From Candidatus Eiseniibacteriota bacterium (GTDB taxonomy: Bacteria > Eisenbacteria > RBG-16-71-46 > CAZAMP01): a stretch of 64,000 nucleotides of DNA. The position numbers and the translations under genes are program-made. Of this stretch, positions 47,162 through 56,215 are shown piece after piece. The stretch is taken from positions 4,312,382 through 4,376,381 of the forward strand of contig OZ245046.1 in NCBI GenBank assembly GCA_965224245.1, given 5' to 3'. Within the stretch, counting starts at the first letter, position 1. The number at the start of each line of letters is the position of its first letter. The notes under the pieces were generated by a model. That model was not told where the DNA came from and searched no databases. It worked only from the letters and a program-made list of their open reading frames with translations.

Positions 47162-47199
47162 CGTCGAGAATCTCGACACCGGTGTGGAGGATCTCCACG
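47162..47199. promoter_or_regulatory. Tandem palindromic enhancer (UAS) sites for an NtrC-family activator
   Basis: CGTCGAGAATCTCGACA (47162-47178) and TGTGGAGGATCTCCACG (47183-47199), 21 bp centre to centre and 110-150 bp upstream of the sigma54 site. Confidence 0.65.
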
Positions 47200-47306
47200 A
47201 CCACGCGGTGGCGCGGCGTCGGGGCTCGGGATTCCCCTATACCCGCGTTTGCCGGAAAGGTCTTTCCTGAACGCGGGGTGTGCCTTCTCGAGTCGGCGAG
47301 GATGTC

Positions 47307-48989
47307 ATGCGATCTCCCATCGGCGTCCGGGCCTCGCGGCTGGGTGCCCGGCTGTTTCTGCCTCTGGTCGCGATCGTGGCCGTCACGTTCGCGATGCACG
47401 CAGTGGTGAACTACCGGACCTCGCGCAACGAGCTTCTCGGCTTCCTCCGATCGAACGCCGATCAGTCGAGCGATCTGATCCGGCGCGCCACCCACGACGG
47501 AATGCTCCTGAACCGGCTGGACGACGTGCAGGACACGATCACGCGCATCGTCGAGGGTCCGGGCATGGCGGCCATCCGCGTATACGACAAGGCCGGCGCC
47601 GTCGTCCTGTCGGCCCATCGGGACGAGATCGGCCAGCGGGCACCGATCACGTCGGACACGTGCGAGAGCTGTCACCAGCCCAATCACACGACCGAGGTCG
47701 GGCGCCTCGAGCGAAGCGGTCTGGCGCGGCTCTCGCGAGGCGAGGAGGTACTTCGCCACCTGTCGGTGATCCCGAACGAGCCCGCCTGTGCCGCCCCGGG
47801 CTGTCACGCGTCGCCCGACGAGGCGCCGATCCTCGGCGTCCTCGACATCGAGATGTCGATGCAGCCGGTAGAGTCCACTTTGCGCGCGGCGCAGGCCCGG
47901 ATCGCCCTGACCACGTTCGCGCTGATCGTGCTGATCGGATGGGCGTGCTGGGTGTTCATCGACCGGTTCGTGCATCGACCGGTCGCGGCGCTCACCGAGG
48001 GCACGCGACGGATCGCGAGCGGCGACCTCGAGACGCGGATCCGCGTGGAGGGCGGCCACGAGTTCGCCGACCTCGCGGGGTCCTTCAACGCGATGTCCGA
48101 GGATCTCCTGGCCGCCAAGCGCGAGCTCGAGACGTGGTCGCGCACGCTGGAGGAGAAGGTGCTGGACAAGTCGGCCGAGCTCCAGCGCGCGCACCGTCAG
48201 GTGCTCCACATGGAGAAGATGGCGTCGCTCGGCAAGCTGTCGGCCACGGTGGCTCACGAGCTCAACAACCCGATCACGGGGATGGTGAACTACACGCGTC
48301 TGATCGAGCGCGAGCTCGGACGGCAGCCGCTGGCGATGACCACGAAGGACGAGCTACTGCGCTACCTCGGTTTTCTCCACCGCGAGTGCCTCCGGTGCGG
48401 GAAGATCGTGTCGAACCTGTTGCTCTTCGCCAGGCGAACCGGCACCGAGATGGCCCCGGTGGATCTCCGCGTCGTGCTGGACCAGAGCCTGATGCTGATC
48501 GATCACCATCTGCACGTCAGCGGCGTCCAGCTGGAGAAGAAGCTGCCCGACCGCGACCTCACGGTCATCGCCGACGCGGGAGAGCTCCAGCAGGCGCTCG
48601 TGGCCTTGTTGATCAACGCGGTGGAGTCGATGGCGGGTCCGGACGCGGTCGACGAGCGGCTGACCGTCGAGGTCGTGGTCGAGGACGACGCGGTGCGAGT
48701 GGACATCCGCGACACCGGGGCCGGGATCGCCGCCGACGTGCTGCCGCACATCTTCGAGCCCTTCTACTCGACGAAGGACGAGGAGGGCGGCGTCGGGCTC
48801 GGGCTGGCGGTGGTCTACGGGATCGTCCAGCGTCACGGAGGCCGCATCGACGTCGAGTCGGAGACGGGGAGCGGCACCACGTTCCACCTGTGGATCCCGA
48901 GGGGCATCGAGTCGTTCGAACCGCGGCCGGGGCCCGACGACCGGCTGTCGGTGGTGGGTGGACCTCGCCGGGGAGGAGCGACGTCATGA
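47307..48989 (+). CDS. Sensor histidine kinase (HAMP, HisKA, HATPase) with periplasmic CxxCH and Cx4CH motifs
   Basis: Two TMs; CESCH and CAAPGCH; EKMASLG...VAHELNNP, DTGAGI, FEPFYSTK and GLGL motifs. Confidence 0.95.
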   Translation: MRSPIGVRASRLGARLFLPLVAIVAVTFAMHAVVNYRTSRNELLGFLRSNADQSSDLIRRATHDGMLLNRLDDVQDTITRIVEGPGMAAIRVYDKAGAVVLSAHRDEIGQRAPITSDTCESCHQPNHTTEVGRLERSGLARLSRGEEVLRHLSVIPNEPACAAPGCHASPDEAPILGVLDIEMSMQPVESTLRAAQARIALTTFALIVLIGWACWVFIDRFVHRPVAALTEGTRRIASGDLETRIRVEGGHEFADLAGSFNAMSEDLLAAKRELETWSRTLEEKVLDKSAELQRAHRQVLHMEKMASLGKLSATVAHELNNPITGMVNYTRLIERELGRQPLAMTTKDELLRYLGFLHRECLRCGKIVSNLLLFARRTGTEMAPVDLRVVLDQSLMLIDHHLHVSGVQLEKKLPDRDLTVIADAGELQQALVALLINAVESMAGPDAVDERLTVEVVVEDDAVRVDIRDTGAGIAADVLPHIFEPFYSTKDEEGGVGLGLAVVYGIVQRHGGRIDVESETGSGTTFHLWIPRGIESFEPRPGPDDRLSVVGGPRRGGATS

Positions 48990-50353
48990 GCGCGTCCGAG
49001 GGACGCATCCTGATCGTGGACGACGAGTTCTCGGTCCGGGATTCCCTGACGAACTGGTTCGGAAAAGACGGCTACGACGTGACCGCGGCGGAGAACGCGG
49101 CGGAGGCGCTCCGATCCCTGGAGGGCGGCTCGTACGACGTCGTGCTCCTCGACATCAAGATGCCGGGGATGGACGGCATGGCGCTCCTGGAGCGTGTCCG
49201 CGAGATCGACCCGAGCATGGCGGTGATCATGATGACCGCATTCGCATCGGTGGAGACCGCGGTACGCGCGCTGAAGGAAGGTGCGTTCGACTACGTCACC
49301 AAGCCCATCGATCCGGACGAGCTCTCCCATCTCGTGCGCCGCGCGATCGATCAGCGCCGCCTGCGCGACGAGAACCTCCGGCTCCGCGAGACCCTGGACG
49401 AGGTCACCGGCGTCCCGCCCATCATCGGCGACAGCCCGGCCATCCGCGAGGTGATGCGCCTCGTGGACCAGGTGGCCGGGACCGACGCCACGGTCCTCGT
49501 CCTCGGCGAGAGCGGCACCGGCAAGGAGCTCATCGCGCGGGCGATTCACGCCGCGAGCCCCCGCCGCTACTTCCCCCTGGTCCCGGTGAACTGCGGCGCG
49601 CTCCCGGCGGAGCTCCTGGAGAGCGAGCTCTTCGGCCACGAGAAAGGCGCGTTCACCGGGGCCCAGCAACGTCGCAAGGGACGCATCGAGATGGCCGGCG
49701 GGGGCACGCTGTTCCTGGACGAGGTGGGGGCCATTCCACCCCGGATGCAGGTCGATCTCCTTCGGGTGCTCGAGACCCACGAGTTCACCCGTCTCGGCAG
49801 CTCACAGCCGATCCACGCCGACTTCCGCGTGATCTGTGCGACCAACGAGGACCTGGAGAAGGCGGTCGCGGACGGTCGGTTCCGCGAGGACTTCTTCTAC
49901 CGCATCAACGTGTTCACGATCCTGGCGCCGCCGCTCAGGAGCCGTCGCTCGGACATCCGCCTCCTCGCCGAGCACTTCCTCGACGAGCTCGGCCGCAAGA
50001 TGAACAAGCGCTTCACCGGCTTCGCGCCAGACGCCATGGAGCTTCTGACCAGCTACCACTGGCCGGGCAACGTGCGCGAGCTGTACAACGCGATCGAGCG
50101 GGCGATGGTCGTGGGCCGGCCGCCGACGATCCGGTCGGACGACATGCCGGTGTGGCGCTCGCGCGCCGGGGTCGAGACACACAGCGCCCGCCTCGCCGAC
50201 ATCGAGCGGCGGCACATCGGCAAGGTGCTCGACGAGACCGGATGGAACATCACCCGGGCGGCCGAGCTGCTCGACATCGACCGGGCCACCGTCTACAGCA
50301 AGATCAAGAAGTATGATCTGGAGCCGCCTCAGGCGCGCACGAACGGCACATGA
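48986..50353 (+). CDS. Sigma54-dependent response regulator (NtrC/AtoC/ZraR family)
   Basis: REC domain (ILIVDDE, LLDIKMP), GESGTGKE, GAFTGA, WPGNVREL and a Fis-type HTH; ATGA overlap with the kinase gene. Confidence 0.96.
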   Translation: MSASEGRILIVDDEFSVRDSLTNWFGKDGYDVTAAENAAEALRSLEGGSYDVVLLDIKMPGMDGMALLERVREIDPSMAVIMMTAFASVETAVRALKEGAFDYVTKPIDPDELSHLVRRAIDQRRLRDENLRLRETLDEVTGVPPIIGDSPAIREVMRLVDQVAGTDATVLVLGESGTGKELIARAIHAASPRRYFPLVPVNCGALPAELLESELFGHEKGAFTGAQQRRKGRIEMAGGGTLFLDEVGAIPPRMQVDLLRVLETHEFTRLGSSQPIHADFRVICATNEDLEKAVADGRFREDFFYRINVFTILAPPLRSRRSDIRLLAEHFLDELGRKMNKRFTGFAPDAMELLTSYHWPGNVRELYNAIERAMVVGRPPTIRSDDMPVWRSRAGVETHSARLADIERRHIGKVLDETGWNITRAAELLDIDRATVYSKIKKYDLEPPQARTNGT

Positions 50354-50423
50354 TCGCGCATCCGCCGACCGCGGCGACCGCGCCGCGCCCGCGTCGCGCA
50401 CGCGTGAACGCCCCCGGGGAGAC

Positions 50424-50966
50424 GTGCAGCCCTCCGCTCCTCTGCGGCTGGTGCCGTTCTACCTCGGCTCCCACGCAGGGCTCGTCTCCCGGCTCTCGGA
50501 CGGCCTGACACACGCGTTCGGGCTTCGCGTGGAGCAGCACCCACCGGCGTTCGATCCCGAGATCGCCTACGACGCGTCGCGGGGGCAGTACAACTCGCGG
50601 GCCCTCCTCGCCCAGCTTCTCGCCGAGGCGCCGGACGAGGAGGGGCACATCCTCGGCGTCACGGGACTGGATCTCTTCATCCCCGTGCTCACGTTCGTGT
50701 TCGGGGAGGCGCAGCTCGGGGGCCGGGTTGCCGTCGTGTCGACCTATCGGCTCGACGACGTCGTCTACGGGCTGCCGGCGGCGCCGGAGCTACTTCTCGA
50801 TCGCCTGGTGAAAGAGGCCGTTCACGAGCTGGGACACACGTTCGGGCTCGTGCACTGTCACGATCCCACGTGCGTGATGACCAGCTCGACTCAGGTGGAC
50901 GGGATCGATCTCAAGACGAACCGGTTCTGCTCCGCCTGCCAGGACCGCGTGCTGGCGCGCCCGTGA
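50424..50966 (+). CDS. Archaemetzincin family Zn-metalloprotease (M54)
   Basis: RGQYNS, FVFGEAQLGG, KEAVHELGHTFGLVHC....CVM..S and FCSAC; start uncertain. Confidence 0.92.
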   Translation: MQPSAPLRLVPFYLGSHAGLVSRLSDGLTHAFGLRVEQHPPAFDPEIAYDASRGQYNSRALLAQLLAEAPDEEGHILGVTGLDLFIPVLTFVFGEAQLGGRVAVVSTYRLDDVVYGLPAAPELLLDRLVKEAVHELGHTFGLVHCHDPTCVMTSSTQVDGIDLKTNRFCSACQDRVLARP

Positions 50967-51108
50967 TCCGTCGATCTCGACCCGGCTGGCGCGTGCGACC
51001 ACGGGCATCGATCTCGAGAGGGTTCGGTCCTGCGCGGCCTGCCCGGGGCCGCGTGACCGTGCGACCGGCATCCCCGCTCGGCGGCGACTCCTCCGGACGG
51101 GCCCGGAA

Positions 51109-51984
51109 TCAGCCCTGGGCTCCCCGGTCGCCGCTGCCGCGTCGCTTGCGCCAGTCCCCCCGAGGCTCGCCCTGCCAGGCGAGCATCGCCTGGAGGCTGG
51201 TCGCGAAGCCGTCGATGCCCGGGAACAAGCTCAGGCGGTTCACGTTCAGGCGGTTCAGCCACGCGAGCAGGTACCACTGATTGTCGAGGGTGATGGGGAT
51301 CTCGATCTTGATCACACGCGTCCGCAGCACGGTGGGCGTGCCGAGCGACCGGAGGTTGCTCATGAACGACTTGCCCGGATTCATGGGGACCAGGAACACG
51401 CCTTGCTGCACGGCCAGCCGCTCGTTGACGTAGTACGGCACCAGCGGAACCACGAGGGTCGGCTCCTCCTCCAGGAGCACCGTGACCGCCGCGGGACTCT
51501 TGAGCTTCGGATCGATCCGGAGGGCCTCCCGCACGGCCGGCACCTTGCTGCGCCGGAGCCGATCGAACATCCACTGCTGGTCGATGGCCCAGACCGCGCA
51601 CGTGTCACCGGGGTTGGCCTGCTCGATCGCGAAGAAGAGCGCGATGTGAAACGAGTACGTCCAGTCGAGCAGTCGCGTGGGCGCGCCGTGATGCTGCATG
51701 AGCGCGTACCACTCCATGAAGTCGTCCGCACGCGGGACGCGTCCCGTGAACCGATGGAGGTGTCTGACGAAGTGGCGGAAGACGCGCCACTCGAGATACG
51801 CCTGATGTGAGAGCGGCCTGCCGAAGCGGTCGGTCGCGATCCGCTCCAGGCTCGGCTTGAGATCCCAGCTCGAACTCCCCTGGCCGCGAAACACCCACTG
51901 GATGCTCGGATCGGAGAAGCGCGCCTCGATCAGATCCTGAACCGACTGCCACGAGTCGCAGCTCTCGACGTGATACCAGGTCAT
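51109..51984 (-). CDS. FRG domain-containing protein
   Basis: WVFRGQ..SSW.L.PSL.R, LMQHHGAPTRLLDWT.S..IALFFA, RLAVQQGVF and LSLFPGIDG; ATG follows AGGAGG. Confidence 0.93.
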   Translation of the reverse strand: MTWYHVESCDSWQSVQDLIEARFSDPSIQWVFRGQGSSSWDLKPSLERIATDRFGRPLSHQAYLEWRVFRHFVRHLHRFTGRVPRADDFMEWYALMQHHGAPTRLLDWTYSFHIALFFAIEQANPGDTCAVWAIDQQWMFDRLRRSKVPAVREALRIDPKLKSPAAVTVLLEEEPTLVVPLVPYYVNERLAVQQGVFLVPMNPGKSFMSNLRSLGTPTVLRTRVIKIEIPITLDNQWYLLAWLNRLNVNRLSLFPGIDGFATSLQAMLAWQGEPRGDWRKRRGSGDRGAQG

Positions 51985-52151
51985 CCGCACACCTCCTGTG
52001 CCGGTCGAACCCGGACCATACACCGGGCAGGGCGACCGTTCGACGGTCGTGAGACGCCCCCGGCCGGGGGGGGGCACCCGGCCGGGGCCGATGCCGACCG
52101 GACCGCATGCCGTGCCCCACAGATCGCTTCGTTCAGCGGGGACGTCCGTCC

Positions 52152-52181
52152 GTGTGATTCCGGTACCCCCCACGCGCCCAA
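52152..52181 (+). promoter_or_regulatory. Putative ECF promoter GTGTGATTCCGG-N10-GCGCCCAA (copy 1)
   Basis: Both blocks and the spacer length are identical to the copy at 56215-56186 on the minus strand; lies 72 bp upstream of ATG 52254. Confidence 0.7.
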
Positions 52182-52253
52182 TCCGAGCGACCACCCGGGC
52201 GTGCCGGCGGAGGCCGCCCGCACTGACGGCATCCACGTTACAGGAGGCACGAC

Positions 52254-54719
52254 ATGCTCCGCTGGAACGCCGGCGCGCGCCGCGGGCGCGCGTTCACGGC
52301 GGCGCTCGCGTGCGCGCTCGTCTGGCTCGGGATCGCAGCCGCCGGCTCGTCCGCCGCCACGTACTTCGTCGACGCCGCACGGCCCGACGACGCGGGTAGC
52401 GGAACGAGCTGGGACGACGCCAAGAGGACGATCGACGCCGCCATCGCCGCCTCGGCCGCCGGAGACGCCATCCTCGTCAAGTACGGCGCCTACGCGATCG
52501 ACGACGACATCGTGCTCGTCTCGCATCGTCGCATCACGTCCGACGACGGCACGCACCTCGACTGGAGCTCGGCCGATCCCGATTCGAGTCTCTGCGTCGT
52601 CGACGCCGGCCAGGGCTCTCGTGTGCTCACCATCCACGGCGCCGCGATGACCGGACCGACTCACGTTCGAGGCCTCGAGCTGACCGGCGGCGACGGCACG
52701 TACAGCTCCGCCGACCCGTCCGCCGCCTATGGAGGCGGCGTCTACGTCGATGGGGGCGCCGACGTCACGCTCGAGCGCTGCTGGATCTCGGGCAACGTCG
52801 GCGGTACCAGCTACAACGGATTCGGCGGTGGGGTCGCGTGTCTGGGGACAGGGACCGACGTCTCGATCGAGGACTGCCGGATCTCGGGAAACACCGCGGC
52901 CACACCCCATCACGGGTACGGCGGCGGCATCTACTGCGACGGCGTCACCGCCACGATCGTCGGGAACGTGATCGAGGGCAACCTCGGATCCGTCCACCGG
53001 ACCGGGGTCGGCGGCGGCATCTACGCCGCGAACAGCGACGTCGTCGTCCAGTCGAACACGATCACGGACAACGTCGCGGCCGGACCCAGCTCGGGCGCGG
53101 GCGGCAACGGCGGCGGCGTCTATCTCTTCTCGGGCACCGCCGACGTCGGGCTGAACACGATCACCGGCAACAGCGCCGCCGAGGCGACGTCGAGAAGCGG
53201 TGCCGGCGGCGGGATCTACTGCAGCACCGCCGAGACGTACATCTGGGAGAACGTGGTCGGCGAGAACGTCGCCTCTCGGGGGGGACGGGGCAACGGTGGC
53301 GGGATCTACTGCCGGGGATCCGATTCGGTCGTACGCGACAACGAGGTGTACGACAACGTGGCCAGCACGTCCACCACAGGAGGCTACTACGCGTACGGCG
53401 CCGGGGGCGGCATCGTCGCCGGCGAGGGCAGCGGCATTCACGTGCTCCGCAACCGTGTGTACGGGAACGTCGCCTCTCGCTACGGAACGGGCAACGGAGG
53501 CGGGATCTGGATCAACAACATCGCGCAGATCGTGGAGCGGAATCTCATCTACGACAACGTCGCGTCGGAGGGGGCGCCCGGCGCCGGTGGCGGCGTCTTC
53601 ATCAACGGCACGACGCGCGCCGAGGTCGTCAACAACACCCTGTACCACAACGCGAGCCAGACCGGCGGCGACGGGGGAACCGGCAGCGGGATCTATCACA
53701 CCTCGGGCGGCACCCCGACGATCCGCAACAACGCCATCGCCGCTCACGACGTGCCCGGCAGCGACATGGTGGGGATCTACGAGACCTCCGCCCTGACCGT
53801 CGAGTACAACTGCTATCACGACAATCCGGGCGGGCACTACAACGAGCACGTGGTCTCGCTGAACGAGGGCATCGGCGAGCCCCGCTTCACCGACGCCGCG
53901 GTCCGCGACTTCGAGCTGCTGTACGACTCACCCCTGATCGAGGCCGGGCATCCCGACACGGAGGTGCCCGAGAACGGCGGCTGGCGCGTCGACGTGGGCG
54001 CGATCGAGTACACGGGGATCCGCCACGCCCGCGCCGTCCCGGGCCCCGGTGAGTACCTGTTCGGCGGACAGGTCCGCGCAAAGGTGACCGTCACCACGTT
54101 GGGCACGCTGTCCGAGATCGACATGACCGTACATCCCGGCGAACGGCATCCCGATGCGGTGAGCGTCGTCGATCGCTGGTTCGACATCCAGGCGGACGAA
54201 GGAGGTGGAACCACGTTCGAGCTCACGCTCAGCTATCTCGACGAGGAGCTGAACGGGCACCGGGAGAGCGACCTCACCCTCTGGCGGCGGGACGGATCGT
54301 CGTGGGAGGGACCCAAGGTCCCCACGGACGCCGATGCCGACGACGACTGGCTGACCGTCAGCGGGGAGACCGCGTTCAGCGACTGGGTGATCAGCGGCTT
54401 CGACGTGATGCTCGACGTCCCTGGCGAGACCGTGCTCGGGCCCGCCGTCGCCCTCGGAGCCCCGGCGCCGAACCCGTTCCGCGTCGTGAGCAGGCTGCGG
54501 TTCGACCTGGCCGACCGGGGCCGGACCACGCTGGCGGTCTATCGAACCGACGGGCGGCGGGTTCGCACGCTGATCGACGCGGTGCTCCCGGTCGGCGTGC
54601 ACGAGATCACCTGGGATGGTCGCGACGACGCGGGGCACGCGGTCGCGTCCGGTACCTATTTCTGCCGGCTGTCGACGGCACGGGGTCGAGTCGACCGTCG
54701 ACTGACCCTCGTGCGATGA
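52254..54719 (+). CDS. Secreted right-handed parallel beta-helix repeat protein with C-terminal FlgD-Ig/T9SS-like domain
   Basis: Signal peptide, ATYFVD...G.GTSW.DAK.TI..AI, many GGGI(Y/V)...N.I..N repeats, SPLIEAG...DVGAIEY and PNPF...WDGRDDAG..VASGTYF; AGGAGG RBS. Confidence 0.92.
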   Translation: MLRWNAGARRGRAFTAALACALVWLGIAAAGSSAATYFVDAARPDDAGSGTSWDDAKRTIDAAIAASAAGDAILVKYGAYAIDDDIVLVSHRRITSDDGTHLDWSSADPDSSLCVVDAGQGSRVLTIHGAAMTGPTHVRGLELTGGDGTYSSADPSAAYGGGVYVDGGADVTLERCWISGNVGGTSYNGFGGGVACLGTGTDVSIEDCRISGNTAATPHHGYGGGIYCDGVTATIVGNVIEGNLGSVHRTGVGGGIYAANSDVVVQSNTITDNVAAGPSSGAGGNGGGVYLFSGTADVGLNTITGNSAAEATSRSGAGGGIYCSTAETYIWENVVGENVASRGGRGNGGGIYCRGSDSVVRDNEVYDNVASTSTTGGYYAYGAGGGIVAGEGSGIHVLRNRVYGNVASRYGTGNGGGIWINNIAQIVERNLIYDNVASEGAPGAGGGVFINGTTRAEVVNNTLYHNASQTGGDGGTGSGIYHTSGGTPTIRNNAIAAHDVPGSDMVGIYETSALTVEYNCYHDNPGGHYNEHVVSLNEGIGEPRFTDAAVRDFELLYDSPLIEAGHPDTEVPENGGWRVDVGAIEYTGIRHARAVPGPGEYLFGGQVRAKVTVTTLGTLSEIDMTVHPGERHPDAVSVVDRWFDIQADEGGGTTFELTLSYLDEELNGHRESDLTLWRRDGSSWEGPKVPTDADADDDWLTVSGETAFSDWVISGFDVMLDVPGETVLGPAVALGAPAPNPFRVVSRLRFDLADRGRTTLAVYRTDGRRVRTLIDAVLPVGVHEITWDGRDDAGHAVASGTYFCRLSTARGRVDRRLTLVR

Positions 54720-54858
54720 GCTGACGAGGGCCGAGGGTGCCCCCGCGGAGAGCACGCGAGCGCACGATCTCCCTGGTCGCGCGCTCGCTTTCGTCTAGCG
54801 CCGTCGGGGCACGCCGTGCGTGACGAACGTGTCGGGCCGGGATGCGGCGGTGAGACGC

Positions 54859-55569
54859 TCACGGCATCCGGAACGTGCCGACCCGTGAACGCGCGATCTC
54901 GTCTCGGTTTCGGTAGGCGACCACACACCACGCTACCGCGGCGCCGGATGGCGGCGGATCGGGGACGCGCGTGGGCTGGAAGACCAGGAGCGTGTCGGGG
55001 CCACCGTCCACGATCGCGTGAACCGTGCCGTCGTCGTCGAGAAGGTGCAGCTCGTAGCGGTTCGCTCCGTCGACCGGACGCCAGGTCAGACGCACCCGTC
55101 CGCCCGCCATCCTCTCGGGCTCCTCGGCGATCGAGACCACGTCCGTGCCGGCCCGGTCACCGCGGAGGCGGAGCTCGGGCTCCCGGTCGTCACGAGCGAG
55201 CAACGTCATGGCCGACACCACGACGACGAACGCGGCGCCGGCACCGAACGCGGGCCTCCAGCGCGGGCCGAGGAACGCGTCGAAGAGGCGGTCCAGTCGG
55301 CTCGGGCGGGTCGACCGGGCGGCGGCCGCCGACCGCCGGGTCGCGCTCGCTCCGGTGAGGATCTCCCGTTCGAGCACGTCCGAGAGGCGCGCCGCGGCGT
55401 CGGTCGGGTCCGCACCCGCGGGGACATCGGCGGGATCGAGAAACGACCGATACGACGCCAGCCGCGCCCGGCAACGCGGGCAGTCATGCAGGTGGTCGAG
55501 CGCGCGGTCACCCGGAGCGAGCCCGGCGATCGTCTCCAGCTCGTCGATTCGGTAGCAGGCGTCGCTCAT
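54859..55569 (-). CDS. Putative zinc-finger (ZAS-type) transmembrane anti-sigma factor
   Basis: HLHDCPRC (Hx3Cx2C), a single TM and a C-terminal beta-sandwich; ATGA overlap with the sigma gene. Confidence 0.82.
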   Translation of the reverse strand: MSDACYRIDELETIAGLAPGDRALDHLHDCPRCRARLASYRSFLDPADVPAGADPTDAAARLSDVLEREILTGASATRRSAAAARSTRPSRLDRLFDAFLGPRWRPAFGAGAAFVVVVSAMTLLARDDREPELRLRGDRAGTDVVSIAEEPERMAGGRVRLTWRPVDGANRYELHLLDDDGTVHAIVDGGPDTLLVFQPTRVPDPPPSGAAVAWCVVAYRNRDEIARSRVGTFRMP

Positions 55570-56180
55570 GGTGATGATCCCCAGCGGTGCGCGTCGTCGT
55601 CTCGTGCTCTCGCTGCGAGTGCGCTGCGAAGCTTTCGCCGCGCGCTCTGCAGCACCCCACGGGCCCCCGACGCGGACCCGATCTTCAGGATCACGGTGAT
55701 GTCGTCCACGGCGACCCGCTCGAAGCAGCGGAGCCAGATCGCCTCCTGCTCGACGGGCTCGAGCGTCCGCCGGATCAGCGCGAGCGACGCCTCCTCGTCG
55801 AGACGCTCTTCGAGCTCACGATCGGGACCGATGCCGTCGTCCATCACGGCATCGGGATCGGCGTGCTCGTCGGTCATGAGCGCCGGTCGACGGAGCTGAC
55901 TCAAGCAACGATTCCGCGCGATCGCGAAGAGCCACGACGAGAAGCGCGCCCGCCCCTCGAACGTGCCGAGATCCCGGTATGCCGCCAAGAGCGTCTCCTG
56001 GGCCAGATCCAGCGCCCGCTCGTGGTCGCGGACGTGGCGAACGCACCACAGATACACGCGCCCCTGGTACCTGGCGAACAGGTCGGCGACGTCGCGTCGC
56101 ACGCCGTCGGCCTCCGGCTCGGTCTGGAACCGGAGCACGATCTCCTCGTCCGTTCGGTCGGGCGCATTCAATCGGTTCAT
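55566..56180 (-). CDS. ECF RNA polymerase sigma factor
   Basis: LFARYQGRVY, ALDLAQETLL.AY, FEGRARFSSWLF.IARNRC and region 4 ending ARRKLR. Confidence 0.93.
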   Translation of the reverse strand: MNRLNAPDRTDEEIVLRFQTEPEADGVRRDVADLFARYQGRVYLWCVRHVRDHERALDLAQETLLAAYRDLGTFEGRARFSSWLFAIARNRCLSQLRRPALMTDEHADPDAVMDDGIGPDRELEERLDEEASLALIRRTLEPVEQEAIWLRCFERVAVDDITVILKIGSASGARGVLQSARRKLRSALAARARDDDAHRWGSSP

Positions 56181-56185
56181 CGAGC

Positions 56186-56215
56186 TTGGGCGCACGACCA
56201 CCTCCGGAATCACAC
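56186..56215 (-). promoter_or_regulatory. Putative ECF promoter GTGTGATTCCGG-N10-GCGCCCAA (copy 2, probably autoregulatory and leaderless)
   Basis: Ends 5 nt before the sigma ATG at 56180, with no RBS; includes the stop codon of the CHAT gene. Confidence 0.7.

Noticed and set aside
47042-48985. Apparent long N-terminal extensions on the response regulator, ECF sigma (to 57641), cNMP protein (to 13928), ICMT (from 8615) and propeller (from 6196)
   Set aside because: They are longest-ORF artefacts; internal starts with an RBS, stop/start overlap or adjacent promoter motif fit the family lengths.
51095-51115. TGATTCCGG at the FRG stop codon as another copy of the ECF promoter
   Set aside because: It lacks the GCGCCCAA block and points into the 3' end of a convergent gene.
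52057-52088. G-run with inverted repeat ccccggccggg...cccggccgggg between divergent genes
   Set aside because: GC-only palindromes are frequent by chance at this composition and nothing else supports a function.
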